A stretch of DNA of 52,348 bases from an uncultured Bacteroidota bacterium (GCA_913055895.1 CAJXLE010000001.1:1-52348), one strand, 5' to 3'; counted from the first letter of the stretch, positions 16,207-26,584 are shown. Translations and numbers: made by a program. The notes: generated from the sequence alone by a model not told the origin.

Positions 16207-18660
16207 ATGGAGCAGATAAAACATGATTTATTCACGGTGCTGAGCCGGCTTGCCGGCCATAAGGATAAAGCATCGCTTAAGCAGCAGTTGGTTAATGATT
16301 TGAACCGGATTTTTGAAGGCCACAACTGGCAGTGGCATGAAACCCCGCCCCGGGAAAGCACTTTTGTCGCTGTTGCCTCCGGGGGTATTACCCACGGATA
16401 TTTGTTTCACACGGACGAACTGCCCACCCAGGACGAAGAGACCCTTCGGCAGGCCGTCCCTGTGGTGGCCGCCTTCCTGGAAAGGTTGGATTATGGGGGT
16501 TTTGCCAGTGGACAGCAGGCAATCAACGGTGAAAGCCGCAATGGTACGGTTGTCAGTTCCCACAAAGGAGTGGAAAGTGTTGTAAAGGAGAACCTGGGCC
16601 ACCTGAAAGCCTTGCTGGACAACCTCCAGATGGGTGTCCTGGTGGAAGATGCCCACCGTCAGTTGCTCCATGTCAACCGGAAGTTTTGCCAGCTCTTTGG
16701 CATATCATCACCGGAGGAACTTGCCCGGGTCGACCTGGATGAGTATGCCCGCAGGGTTTCCTATATGTTCCTGGAGCCGGAAAAATTCATGTCGGGCATC
16801 CGGCGGATATTGTCGGAGAGAAGGATGGTCGCCCGCCAGGAGCTGAGCCTCAAAGACGGCCGTACTTTTGCCCGTGATTATGTGCCCATCTTTATCGAGG
16901 GCAGGTTTTACGGCAATATGTGGATATACCGTGATATCTCCGAGAGGAAAAAAGTGGAGCGGGACCTTGAGTACTGGCTGGAGTTTGAGCGGCTGATCAT
17001 TGAGATATCCAACAATTTCATTGACCTGCCGGTAGAGGATACCGACCGGGGCATCCATGAAGCGCTGGCCAGGATAGGCAGGTTTGCCGGGGTGGACCGC
17101 AGTTATATCTTTCAGATCCATCCGGGCGGTAAGTATTTTGACAACACCCATGAGTGGTGCGCTCCCAATATTACCCCCCAGGTCGAACAGCTGAAGAACC
17201 TGGCGGTGGAGGATTACCGGTGGTGGATGGACAAGCTGCACCGCAAGGAGCCCATCTTTATCAGGCATCTGGACGATCTTCCCGGTGAGGCCGAACATCT
17301 GAAAAAATCCCTGGAATCCCAGGATATCTTTGCGTTGGCGGTGGTGCCCATGATCTACAGGAACAGGCTGGTGGGCTTTTTGGGTTTCGACTGGGTGGAA
17401 CGCCAGATGCACTGGTCTGAAGAGGTGATCAACCTGCTGAACATCATGGGCGACGTCTTCACCAATGCCCTGATGCAGCAGAAAGCAGAAAAAGAACTGC
17501 TGGAAGCCAAGAACAGGGCGGAGGAGAGCGATCGCCTCAAGTCGGCTTTCCTGGCCAACATGAGCCACGAGATACGCACCCCCATGAACGGCATCATGGG
17601 GTTTGCCCAGCTGCTGAACAACTCGGCGGTGGATGAGCGGAAAAGGGACCAGTATATCGGCATCATCTACAATTCATCGCGTCAGTTGCTTCGCATCGTG
17701 AACGATGTGCTGGACATCTCCAAGATTGAGACCGGCCAGTACGAGCTTTACCAGGAAGAGTTCAACCTGAACGATCTGCTGGTGGAGCTCTTCACCGAGT
17801 TCAGCCAGCAGGAGCACCAGGATGTGCAACTTTATGTCTACAAAGCCTTTCCAAATACAAACGCCAGTGTTGTCACCGACCGCACCAAGCTGCGGCAGAT
17901 CCTTTTCAACCTTCTGAGCAATGCCTTCAAGTATACCAGGCAGGGATCCATTGAGTTTGGTTATTTTTCAGAAGGAGAGGGCGAAAATCTGAAGTTTTAT
18001 GTAAAAGATACAGGTGTGGGGATACCCAGGGATCAGCAGGATGTTGTTTTTGAACGCTTCAACAGGGGCGAATCGGACGAGAACACCCACCATGGAGGCA
18101 CGGGCCTGGGTCTTTCCATATGCCATGGCCTGGTGGAGTTGCTGGGTGGCAGCATGGGGGTGGAGTCGGAGGAAGGCGCCGGTTCGGTCTTTTATTTCAC
18201 CCTGCCTTACCAGCCTGGCAGCTCGGCAAATGGAGGGGCGGCAAAGCAGCCTGAAAGGGAGGAGACGGAAAAACGCGATCTCCTGGTGGTGGAAGACGAC
18301 CAGGTCAACGCCATTTTTATCAACGAATTGCTGAAGGACCTGGGGGTAGAAGAAACGTTCTTCAGCATTCATCATGTGTACAGGGGAGAAGAAGCAGTGG
18401 CTTTTTGCCGGGACAATCCGGGCACCGAGCTGGTGCTGATGGACATCAAGCTGCCCGATATCGACGGCCTGGAAGCTACCCGCCGGATAAAAGAGCACAA
18501 CCCCCGCATGCCGGTGATAGCCCAGACAGCTTATGCCATGGAGTCAGACCGCAACAAGGCCCTGGAGCACGGACTGGACGATTACGTGTCGAAGCCCATC
18601 GACCGGGAACAGCTGGGCGACATCCTTTACCGTTTTCTCAATATCTCCAGGCAGGCTTAA
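16207..18660 (+). CDS. hybrid sensor histidine kinase/response regulator (PAS-GAF-HisKA-HATPase-REC)
   Basis: 817-aa ORF. H-box [18 protein letters not shown] boxes ([25 protein letters not shown]), and a C-terminal receiver domain (LLVVEDDQVN ... LMDIKLPDIDG ... SKP). Confidence 0.9.
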   Translation: MEQIKHDLFTVLSRLAGHKDKASLKQQLVNDLNRIFEGHNWQWHETPPRESTFVAVASGGITHGYLFHTDELPTQDEETLRQAVPVVAAFLERLDYGGFASGQQAINGESRNGTVVSSHKGVESVVKENLGHLKALLDNLQMGVLVEDAHRQLLHVNRKFCQLFGISSPEELARVDLDEYARRVSYMFLEPEKFMSGIRRILSERRMVARQELSLKDGRTFARDYVPIFIEGRFYGNMWIYRDISERKKVERDLEYWLEFERLIIEISNNFIDLPVEDTDRGIHEALARIGRFAGVDRSYIFQIHPGGKYFDNTHEWCAPNITPQVEQLKNLAVEDYRWWMDKLHRKEPIFIRHLDDLPGEAEHLKKSLESQDIFALAVVPMIYRNRLVGFLGFDWVERQMHWSEEVINLLNIMGDVFTNALMQQKAEKELLEAKNRAEESDRLKSAFLANMSHEIRTPMNGIMGFAQLLNNSAVDERKRDQYIGIIYNSSRQLLRIVNDVLDISKIETGQYELYQEEFNLNDLLVELFTEFSQQEHQDVQLYVYKAFPNTNASVVTDRTKLRQILFNLLSNAFKYTRQGSIEFGYFSEGEGENLKFYVKDTGVGIPRDQQDVVFERFNRGESDENTHHGGTGLGLSICHGLVELLGGSMGVESEEGAGSVFYFTLPYQPGSSANGGAAKQPEREETEKRDLLVVEDDQVNAIFINELLKDLGVEETFFSIHHVYRGEEAVAFCRDNPGTELVLMDIKLPDIDGLEATRRIKEHNPRMPVIAQTAYAMESDRNKALEHGLDDYVSKPIDREQLGDILYRFLNISRQA

Positions 18661-18674
18661 AGCCGTTGCTGCTG

Positions 18675-19439
18675 TCAACCCACTTTTTCCAGCTCTTTGG
18701 CCTCTACGGCTGCCCCGATGATGCCTGCATGGTTTTGCAGGTAGGCCGGGAGAACCCGCGTTCTGACCTTGTGGAGGTACTTTTCGTATTTTTGGAATTT
18801 TTTGCTGGCACCCCCGCCTATGATGATCAGCTCGGGATAAAAAAGCTGCTCCAGGTAGTGCAGGTATTTGCCGAAGCGCTTGGCCCACTTTTTCCAGCTC
18901 AGGTCCTTCTTTTTACGGGTGGCATCGGAGGCCCAGTTCTCGGCGATCTTATCCTTGTAGTGCACATGGCCGAGCTCGGTGTTGGGCAGCAGCACACCGT
19001 TGGTGAACAGTGCTGTACCCAGTCCGCTGCCCACGGTGACGATCATTCCCACTCCCTGGATGTCTTTGCCGTGGCCAAACCGCATTTCGGCCAGCCCTGC
19101 AGCGTCGGCATCGTTGATGATGATCGTCTCACAACCGGTTTTTTCCTCCAGTATGGCGGAAGCATCTTTCCCGATCCAGCTTTTATCAATATTGGCGGCT
19201 GTCTGGATGACCCCTGCCTGGACGGCTGACGGGAAAGCCACTCCAATCTTGCCGCTGTAGCCGAAATGTTCAATGATTTGCCGGATGGTCTCTGATACTG
19301 AATCCGGTGTGGATGGGCTGGGTGTTGGAATGCGGTGGCGCTCGGTTACCAGTTCCCCGGTGTCTGTATCGATCAGGGCTCCCTTGATGCCCGAGCCTCC
19401 AAAATCGATTCCCAAACGCACATTTTCATTGTTTGGCAT
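18675..19439 (-). CDS. ppgK: ROK-family polyphosphate/ATP glucokinase
   Basis: The N-terminus [45 protein letters not shown] is the characteristic PPGK/ROK phosphate-1 region. The longer ORF (to 19565) adds an AT-rich, Phe/Ile/Lys-rich extension that looks non-coding, so I take the ATG at 19439. Confidence 0.8.
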   Translation of the reverse strand: MPNNENVRLGIDFGGSGIKGALIDTDTGELVTERHRIPTPSPSTPDSVSETIRQIIEHFGYSGKIGVAFPSAVQAGVIQTAANIDKSWIGKDASAILEEKTGCETIIINDADAAGLAEMRFGHGKDIQGVGMIVTVGSGLGTALFTNGVLLPNTELGHVHYKDKIAENWASDATRKKKDLSWKKWAKRFGKYLHYLEQLFYPELIIIGGGASKKFQKYEKYLHKVRTRVLPAYLQNHAGIIGAAVEAKELEKVG

Positions 19440-19585
19440 AATCAGGTTGGATTGATTAAGACGGGAGAAATTTATAAAAATATTGCCGACAAAGATTTTT
19501 TTATACAAAAAAAACTTATGCAGGATTATGAAATAAATTTTTCTTTGAAAAGGGGCTTTCATCAAACGGGTTCTCCCGGTTGTTA

Positions 19586-21472
19586 CTAACCTGGGGGGTT
19601 ATCCGTTCTCTGCAGTTCCAGAGGCAGCTCTATATAAAAAGTTGTTCCCTGCTCCATTTTGGAGTCGATCGTTATACGGCCTCCCATGAGTTCAGCCAGT
19701 CCCCTGGAGATGGACAGGCCCAGGCCGGTGCCCCCGTTGGACCTGCCCGAGGGATCGGGCACCTGTATGAACCGTTCAAATATCTTTTCCTGCATCTCTC
19801 CGGGGATGCCCTGGCCGGTGTCGCTGACAAAAAGTTTGATGCCCTCGGCCGTTGGTTCATAGCCAAATTCCACTTTGCCCCGGGTGGTAAATTTAAAGGC
19901 GTTGTTCAGCAGGTTGTTGAGGATCTGCTGAAGCTTCACCCTGTCGGTGCGGACATAGCTGCTGTCATCATTCAGTGGGGCGTGGTAGGTGAATTGAAGT
20001 TTTTTGTCCCCGGCCGTTGTTGCGAAGATGCTGTGGGTTTCCCGGATGAGGTGGTTCAGGTTGAAGGTTTCGGCATTGATTTTCTGCTGGCCCGTTTCCA
20101 GCTTGGAGATGTCTATGATGTCGTTGATGATGCCCAGCAGCTGGTTGGCCGAGTTGTTGATGATGTTAACGAAATGTTTTTTCTTCTTCTCGCTTATGTT
20201 GTCCCTCAGGAGCATCCCCGAAAAGCCGATGATGCCGTTCATGGGGGTGCGTATCTCGTGGCTCATGTTGGCCAGGAAGGCCGACTTGAGCTGGTCGCTT
20301 TCCTCCGCCTTTTTTTTGGCCTGGATGAGCTGTTCCTCGAAATTTTTCCTTTCATAAATGTTGCGGATAATAACCAGAATGGAAGCCAGGTTGCCCTGAT
20401 TATCCTGGATGGGAGTGGTAGTTAGTTCAACGGGTATGCCCCGGCCCTGCTTGTCGAAGATCTCATTCTCAAAAGTACCCCCTTCTTCGCCGCTTAAAAG
20501 GGCATTGAAGACTTTATAGCTTTTTTCCAGGTACGCTTCTGCAACCAGGTCGGTGAAGTGAAACCGGCTGAGCTCCTCCCGGCTGTAGCCGGTCAGTTCC
20601 CTGGCACCGCGGTTGCTGTCGAGGTGGTACCCCCGGCTGTCGATCAGGAACATGGCGTCGTGGGCATGGTTGAAAATGTCCCGGAACTTTTTCTCGCTTT
20701 CCTGCAGCAGCCTGCGTGTTTGGTTGCTTTCGCTCACATCTTTGGAGATGGCAATGAAGGCGGTGGGGTTGCCCTTGCAGTCGTCGATGGTGCTCACGGA
20801 AGCTTCGATGTCGATCAGGTTGTTCCTGCAGGAGCGGATCCGGTACTCGATGTTTTTTACCGTACCCTGCTGAAGCACCAGCATCATGTATTCGATGACC
20901 TTTTCCCGGTCGGGCTCGTAGATCAGGTTGAAGACATTGGTTTTATAAAGTTGCTTTTCCGACTCTTCGCATTCATACATCCTGACCGTCTCCTGGTTGA
21001 AGTAGGTGATGTTGCCGTCCAGGTCGGTGATGACGATAGAGTCCGGGGAGGCTTGTATGACCTTCTTCAGCTTTTCGTTGGAATTTTCCGGTTCGCCGGA
21101 CCTGGCAACCTGCTGGTGGTGTGTTGTTGCGACTTCGGAAAACAGCAGGATCGCCCCGTGGCTGCCATCCTGTAAAGACAGGCTTTGGGCCTTCCAGTGG
21201 ACCTCCCGCTGGTCTTTCAGGGTGGATGAGCCCCTGATGGTGGTTTTTAACTGCCCGGGGTTGTCGAGTACATTCAGAAATCTCTCAGAATCCTCAAGGC
21301 AATGGGCCAGTTTGTCGAGAAAGTTGAGCTGGTGGTGATTGTCTGCATCCCTGGTTTCCGGCAGGTCGAAAATCTTCAGCAGTTGCTGGTTGTATGCGAC
21401 CACCCCACCTTTCCCGTCGATGATCAATGCCCCTTCGTCCATTGCCTCAAGTACACCGTAAAGCAGTTCCAT
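19586..21472 (-). CDS. multi-PAS sensor histidine kinase
   Basis: 628-aa ORF with repeated PAS-like segments, H-box [16 protein letters not shown], and HATPase boxes ([25 protein letters not shown]). There is no receiver domain. Confidence 0.9.
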   Translation of the reverse strand: MELLYGVLEAMDEGALIIDGKGGVVAYNQQLLKIFDLPETRDADNHHQLNFLDKLAHCLEDSERFLNVLDNPGQLKTTIRGSSTLKDQREVHWKAQSLSLQDGSHGAILLFSEVATTHHQQVARSGEPENSNEKLKKVIQASPDSIVITDLDGNITYFNQETVRMYECEESEKQLYKTNVFNLIYEPDREKVIEYMMLVLQQGTVKNIEYRIRSCRNNLIDIEASVSTIDDCKGNPTAFIAISKDVSESNQTRRLLQESEKKFRDIFNHAHDAMFLIDSRGYHLDSNRGARELTGYSREELSRFHFTDLVAEAYLEKSYKVFNALLSGEEGGTFENEIFDKQGRGIPVELTTTPIQDNQGNLASILVIIRNIYERKNFEEQLIQAKKKAEESDQLKSAFLANMSHEIRTPMNGIIGFSGMLLRDNISEKKKKHFVNIINNSANQLLGIINDIIDISKLETGQQKINAETFNLNHLIRETHSIFATTAGDKKLQFTYHAPLNDDSSYVRTDRVKLQQILNNLLNNAFKFTTRGKVEFGYEPTAEGIKLFVSDTGQGIPGEMQEKIFERFIQVPDPSGRSNGGTGLGLSISRGLAELMGGRITIDSKMEQGTTFYIELPLELQRTDNPPG

Positions 21473-21566
21473 TCTTAATTTCTTTGACTTTATGATCCCT
21501 TTTTCCGGGATGTTTTTTCCTGGCTCTTCTTACTTTCTTCTCTAATAGTTTTTCAGAAAACAGCTA

Positions 21567-21764
21567 ATGCAATCAACAACCGTTATACGACTTGAGGATG
21601 GGAAAGTTTTAAGCAACCCGATGGGAGAATATGTTTTCGAACAACTATATTTTAACTCAATTCAAATTGCTGTATGGGTTAAAATTGAAAATGATTTTGT
21701 TGCTTCTTTTGCCAAAATTGATGAATTTTATAAATCATGGAAAATCAACATACTGAGCAGATGA
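21567..21764 (+). CDS. possible small protein (65 aa) upstream of the oxidoreductase
   Basis: The ORF has non-repetitive, protein-like sequence. Its TGA (21762-21764) overlaps an in-frame ATG of the next gene (21761) as ATGA. However, it is AT-rich and lies where a promoter region would be expected. Confidence 0.25.
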   Translation: MQSTTVIRLEDGKVLSNPMGEYVFEQLYFNSIQIAVWVKIENDFVASFAKIDEFYKSWKINILSR

Positions 21765-23590
21765 CGCCTGAAAAAACTGCTTCTTACTGCCGCCATTATG
21801 CCATGTGTAAGATCGATTTCCTGGAGAATGGCTTGTGTGAGGCTGGGGCGCGTCACCAATTTGTAAGTTACTACCCGCAGGGACGAATGGACCTGTACGC
21901 TGCGTTGCAGAAGGGTACCCTTGAGCTGACACCCGGAGCCGAGAGCATAGCCGATAGTTGCACTTTATGCGGAAAATGTGATTACCAGTGTCATTTCATC
22001 ACCGGGATGCGTCCCATGCATGTGATGGAGGCCCTCAAGCATTATGTGGCAGAGAACCGCCACCAGGTGGCATGGGCCCCTGGTGAAGATCCTGTCTTCT
22101 CCGGATTGCAGGAAATCGTTGGGGAGGATTGGTGTACCCGCGATCCGGCCCTCACCATTGGGTATGCTTCCGACCCCGGGCCGGCCACGCCCCATTCTTT
22201 GCCATCCTATGTGGTTTTGCCCGGCACGCGCGATGAGGTGGCGGCCCTGATGGCCTTTTGTCATGCCAATGAGCTGGATTTTGCGGTCAGGGGCAACGGC
22301 TCCAGCGTCATGGGTTTTGTCATGAGCGAGGAGCTGGTGATCGACATGTCGCGGCTCAACCATAAGGTGATGGATGAGGAGAGAGGGTTGGTGCGGGCTG
22401 GTGCCGGCGTCACGGCCTACGACCTCCAGAAAGAGGTATATCCTTACGGCTACCGGGTGCAGGTGGCCGAGCCTTCAGCCATGATATGCGCCAACCTTAT
22501 GTGTTCGGGGGTTTTTTCCACCTGGTCGCATGCCTTTGGCATGGGGGCCCAGAACGTGGTGGATGCTGAATTTGTCGATAAGAAAGGCCGTATATTTCGC
22601 CTGGGCGACAAAGAGGCGCCCAACCTTTTTGCCTACAGGCAGGACGATGTGGAAATGCCCGGCATATGTACAGAGGTCGCCTATAAGCTTTATCCCCGCC
22701 TGCCGGATGAAAGGGGTTTTTTGGTTCCTTTCCGCACCTTTGATCAGGCCCTGGCCTTCATCCGGGAGATGAGCCGCCGGCGCAAAGCCATGGCTGTGGG
22801 TTTGCTGGGAGGCGGGTACCTGGCCACCTGCCTGTCGCCTTCCACCGAGCTGGCAGGAAAGGTGAAAAAGGTGCTGCACGACGACCTGGAGATCAGTTAC
22901 CTGGTGCAGGTGATAGGCGATCAGTACGATGAAGATGCCGTGCGCAAGATGGAGCATCCCATCATCTCCCAGCGCATCTTCCGGACCCTGGTATTATCGA
23001 TGCCCAGCCTGATCGACAACGAGGTGCTCATACATCTGAACGAGATGATGCCCGGCAGCACGGTGTACGACCTGCTGTCCGACAAGAAGATGGAGCCGTT
23101 GCTGGAGACGCTCCTACAGCCCCATGCCGGTAAGCTGGCCAGGACCGTGCCCGGCGACATGCAGGATTTTTACCACAGGCTTTATCAAAGTGATAAACTC
23201 ACTGACCTGGTGTGGCTCAACGACTTTCGGATCACCAGTTCACGGATGGGACGAGAGAAGCATGTGGTGGCCTGGATCGTTTATGTGCCCCTCGACAAGC
23301 CCGAAGTGGTCAAAGGCATCTGTGAAAGTTTTGATCGCATCGCCGGGCGGTGGCGACTAAAACACGACTATGGTTTCATCACGCCGCTGGATTTTGGCAA
23401 GCGGGCCGTGTTTGAATACGATTATTGCCTCGACCAGCAGGATGACGAGGAACGCATGCGTATGTTGCAGGCAATGAGGGAGACGGCCGCGATGATAGAA
23501 GGCTATGCCCGGCAGTATGACGCCGTGCGATGGGTCAGGCACACCCTCTACCAGGGCTTTGCCAGGATGGAAAACCTTTTGTACACCTAA
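21737..23590 (+). CDS. Fe-S (N-terminal Cys cluster) + FAD-binding (FAD_binding_4/PCMH-type) oxidoreductase
   Basis: 617-aa ORF. N-terminal cysteine clusters CRHYAMC...C and CTLCGKCDYQC are followed by a GlcD-like FAD-binding start (VVLPGTRDEVAALMAFCHANELDFAVRGNGSSVMG). The start could instead be the ATG at 21761. Confidence 0.75.
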   Translation: MENQHTEQMTPEKTASYCRHYAMCKIDFLENGLCEAGARHQFVSYYPQGRMDLYAALQKGTLELTPGAESIADSCTLCGKCDYQCHFITGMRPMHVMEALKHYVAENRHQVAWAPGEDPVFSGLQEIVGEDWCTRDPALTIGYASDPGPATPHSLPSYVVLPGTRDEVAALMAFCHANELDFAVRGNGSSVMGFVMSEELVIDMSRLNHKVMDEERGLVRAGAGVTAYDLQKEVYPYGYRVQVAEPSAMICANLMCSGVFSTWSHAFGMGAQNVVDAEFVDKKGRIFRLGDKEAPNLFAYRQDDVEMPGICTEVAYKLYPRLPDERGFLVPFRTFDQALAFIREMSRRRKAMAVGLLGGGYLATCLSPSTELAGKVKKVLHDDLEISYLVQVIGDQYDEDAVRKMEHPIISQRIFRTLVLSMPSLIDNEVLIHLNEMMPGSTVYDLLSDKKMEPLLETLLQPHAGKLARTVPGDMQDFYHRLYQSDKLTDLVWLNDFRITSSRMGREKHVVAWIVYVPLDKPEVVKGICESFDRIAGRWRLKHDYGFITPLDFGKRAVFEYDYCLDQQDDEERMRMLQAMRETAAMIEGYARQYDAVRWVRHTLYQGFARMENLLYT

Positions 23591-23668
23591 GTTTTTTATA
23601 CCATGCCCTAGGCTCTTGAAAAAAACTGGGGTTGCCAATCCAATTGTTTTGCCTAACTTTGAAATGTT

Positions 23669-24811
23669 ATGAGCCAGTCTGCCGGTACCCTTCAACGCTT
23701 AGCTTATTTCCTGATCATTGCCGTGATCACGGTATACATCATGGTGATTGGCAAATTCATCATTGTCCCCCTGGTTTTTGCCGCCCTCCTGTCGATCATG
23801 GTTGTGCCGGTGAGCCGCTTCATGGAGCGGTATATACGATGGAAAGTACCGGCCATCCTGCTTACTTTTCTTGCCGTACTGATACCGGTCAGCGGCATCA
23901 TCATGTTTTTTTCCTACCAGCTGGGCGATGTGATACAAAACATGCCGGCCATCACGGGCAACCTGAAGCAAACGGCCGATACCTTTTTCACCTGGCTGGA
24001 AGAGCATTTTGGCATCACACGGGCGCAAAGCTGGGACTGGCTGAGGGCCAATTTTTCCACCATACTGGAATCGCCCCTCGAATTTTTCAGGGGGGGACTG
24101 ACCTCTTCCACCACTTTTTTGGTCAACTTACTCATGGTGCTGATTTTTATGTTCTTCTTCCTGCTTTACCGGGGAGCCATCCGGAATTTCATTCTCCTGC
24201 AGTTTCGTCCCGCCGGCAGGGAAGAGGGACGTGAAATCCTCTCCCAGATACAGCACCTGGTCAGACACTATTTATACGGCCTGCTGACGGTCATCCTTAT
24301 CCTGGCCGTTCTCAACAGCATAGGCCTGCTGATCATAGGCGTGGGATATGCCGTTTTCTGGGCCAGCCTGGCCGCCTTCCTGAGCATCATACCCTATATA
24401 GGCACCACACTGGGCGGACTGCTGCCTTTTATGTACAGCGTTGCCACAGCCGCCACCTGGTGGCAGCCGGCAGCCGTCGTCATACTGTATGTCTCCATCC
24501 AGCAGGTGGAAGGCAACCTGATCACACCCTATGTCGTTGGCTCCAACGTGAAGATCAACCCCTTCATAGCCATCATCTCCCTGATTGTGGGCGGGGTGAT
24601 ATGGGGACTGGCAGGTGTCATACTGGGCATACCCATTGCCGCCATCCTGAAGCTCATCTTCGATCACACCGATGCCCTGAAGCCGGTAGGGGCATTGATG
24701 AGCCGCGATTTGCATGAAAAGGAGGATGTTTTCCTTGAGCAGTGGGACGAGGATAAGCACCGCATATCGGGTTTTTTCAGCAACGACAGGGACGGGGCTG
24801 ACAGCAAATAA
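23669..24811 (+). CDS. AI-2E family transporter (PerM/UPF0118)
   Basis: 380-aa polytopic ORF with the family-typical C-terminal block IQQVEGNLITPYVVGSNVKINPF. Confidence 0.8.
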   Translation: MSQSAGTLQRLAYFLIIAVITVYIMVIGKFIIVPLVFAALLSIMVVPVSRFMERYIRWKVPAILLTFLAVLIPVSGIIMFFSYQLGDVIQNMPAITGNLKQTADTFFTWLEEHFGITRAQSWDWLRANFSTILESPLEFFRGGLTSSTTFLVNLLMVLIFMFFFLLYRGAIRNFILLQFRPAGREEGREILSQIQHLVRHYLYGLLTVILILAVLNSIGLLIIGVGYAVFWASLAAFLSIIPYIGTTLGGLLPFMYSVATAATWWQPAAVVILYVSIQQVEGNLITPYVVGSNVKINPFIAIISLIVGGVIWGLAGVILGIPIAAILKLIFDHTDALKPVGALMSRDLHEKEDVFLEQWDEDKHRISGFFSNDRDGADSK

Positions 24812-24857
24812 ATTGGCGCATCCTGCAAATTTTTAAGGAAAATCGCTATATTTAAGC

Positions 24858-24877
24858 CCTGAATCGATCAGGTTTTT
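24858..24877 (+). terminator. weak hairpin + T-tract after the AI-2E gene
   Basis: CCTGA-ATCGA-TCAGG is followed by TTTTT. The stem is only 5 bp. Confidence 0.3.
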
Positions 24878-24911
24878 ATGACCTGTTCCATGTATCATTA
24901 AAAAATACTGC

Positions 24912-25919
24912 ATGGCACGTCATCCAATATTTTCCCTCTTTTCTGCCAACTCTTTCTCCGAAATTTTTTCGCGTTTTTTTACATGGTTGCACAAGTGGTG
25001 GATATCCATCCGTCCCTTCTCCCTTCCTGCCTCCACCATGCCGGTTGTCTTCGGTACGGTGCTGGCAGTGGTATACGGGGAAGCCACCTTTCAACCGCTG
25101 CTTTTTGTGATGGCCATCGCAGCAATGGTCATCCTGCACGGGGCTTCCAACCTGCTCAGCGACATCCACGATTACCGGCGGGGACTGGATACGGTTGCCA
25201 CGCCCGTCAGCGGAGGGGTGGTCAGGGGACTGATCACCGTCGGACAGTCGCGCCGGGCTGCCATCCTGCTGTTTGTTGCCGGCAGCCTGATGGGCGTGTT
25301 CCTGGCATGGCTCACCGGCTGGATGCTCATGTTGGTGGGACTGGTGGGTTTGATGGTGGGCGTGTTTTACACCACCGGCAGCCGGATATCCTTGAAGTAT
25401 AACGCCCTGGGCGACCTGGCGGTGTTCATGAATTTTGGTGTCCTGGGAGCCCTGGGAGCCTGGTTTGTGCAGACCGGCAGTCTGAGCTGGATACCTGTGC
25501 TGTGGTCGGTGCCCATGGCCACCCTGGTCATTGCCATCCTGCATGCCAACAACTGGCGCGACATACATTCCGATACCCGGGGCAACATCATCACCGTGGC
25601 CTCCCTGCTGGGCGATAAAAAATCGCTGCGTTATTACGGCGTGCTGATATACGGGCCCTTCCTCATGGTGTTGGGCCTTATCCTGGTACCGTGGCTCCTG
25701 GTGCCCGGCTTCCCCGCCATGCCATTTACTTTCCTCATCACCCTGCTGGCCCTGCCCCTGACGGTAAGGTTGTGGAAGATTGCCACCAAACGCAAGGATC
25801 CCGTCCATCCCATGGATTTCGTGACCCTGGATGGCAGCACGGCACGGCTCAACCTGGTCTTTGGCGGACTGTGCACGGCCGCCCTATTGTTCCACCTGGC
25901 CATTGAAAACCTGCTGTGA
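24912..25919 (+). CDS. menA: UbiA-family prenyltransferase, MenA-like (1,4-dihydroxy-2-naphthoate polyprenyltransferase)
   Basis: 335-aa polytopic ORF. The first Asp-rich motif SDIHDYRRGLD fits the MenA pattern D-x2-D-x3-G-x-D. The second motif is NNWRDIHSDTRGNIITVA. The N-terminus WISIRPFSLPAS is typical of the family. Confidence 0.7.
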   Translation: MARHPIFSLFSANSFSEIFSRFFTWLHKWWISIRPFSLPASTMPVVFGTVLAVVYGEATFQPLLFVMAIAAMVILHGASNLLSDIHDYRRGLDTVATPVSGGVVRGLITVGQSRRAAILLFVAGSLMGVFLAWLTGWMLMLVGLVGLMVGVFYTTGSRISLKYNALGDLAVFMNFGVLGALGAWFVQTGSLSWIPVLWSVPMATLVIAILHANNWRDIHSDTRGNIITVASLLGDKKSLRYYGVLIYGPFLMVLGLILVPWLLVPGFPAMPFTFLITLLALPLTVRLWKIATKRKDPVHPMDFVTLDGSTARLNLVFGGLCTAALLFHLAIENLL

Positions 25920-26584
25920 CCGATATGGAAAAGGATCCTGACAGAACCTTCACGAAAGATTTTTACCCGGTGGCCGCACTGGCCCTGGTCCTTTTCATCC
26001 CCATGTTTGTCTCCCGGCAGCTTATGTTCCTGGATTTCTGGTGGTGGATGAGCACGAACCTGGTCATCGTGTGTACGCTGTCGCTGGCACATGACAAGGG
26101 ACTGCGACGGGAAATGGCCGGCGACCTGCCCCGGCAGGCAGGCTATAAAATTCTGGTGGGTATCGCCTCGGCCGCCTTGTTGTACCTGGTGTTCCGCGCA
26201 GGCAACTTTCTGTCGAGGGAGATGTTTGAGTTTGCCGGCCGCGACATTGGCCGGGTCTACGGCTTCAAGGACGGCGCCGGTGCCATGCGCATCGCCCTGC
26301 TCATGCTTTTCATCATAGGTCCCGGTGAGGAGCTTTTTTGGCGCGGTTTTGTCCAGGGCAACCTGTCGGCCCAAAAAGGTAAAATTCCCGGTTTTTGGCT
26401 TGGGGTGCTCTTCTATACGCTCATCCACGTGGCCACGGGCAATGTGATACTTATCCTGGCAGCCTTTACCGGCGGCCTTTTCTGGGGATGGCTGTATATG
26501 CGCTACCGGTCGTTGCTGGTCAACATGGTCAGCCACATCGTCTGGGACATCAGTGTCTTCCTGCTGCTTCCCTTTTCAGGCTAG
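25916..26584 (+). CDS. CPBP family intramembrane protease (CAAX protease/Abi type)
   Basis: 222-aa polytopic ORF with motif 1 GEELFWRGF and a later His motif (SHIVWD). The GTG start at 25916 overlaps the menA TGA (GTGA); an alternative ATG is at 25925. Confidence 0.75.
   Translation: MTDMEKDPDRTFTKDFYPVAALALVLFIPMFVSRQLMFLDFWWWMSTNLVIVCTLSLAHDKGLRREMAGDLPRQAGYKILVGIASAALLYLVFRAGNFLSREMFEFAGRDIGRVYGFKDGAGAMRIALLMLFIIGPGEELFWRGFVQGNLSAQKGKIPGFWLGVLFYTLIHVATGNVILILAAFTGGLFWGWLYMRYRSLLVNMVSHIVWDISVFLLLPFSG

Noticed and set aside
18405-20425. 274-aa and 281-aa plus-strand ORFs (18405-19229, 19580-20425)
   Set aside because: They are antisense to ppgK and to the PAS kinase, both of which have unambiguous family motifs. 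The plus-strand translations are low-information.
24876-26536. 310-aa and 300-aa minus-strand ORFs opposite menA and the CPBP gene
   Set aside because: The translations are His/Gly/Gln/Pro-rich, while the sense strand encodes coherent polytopic membrane proteins with family motifs.
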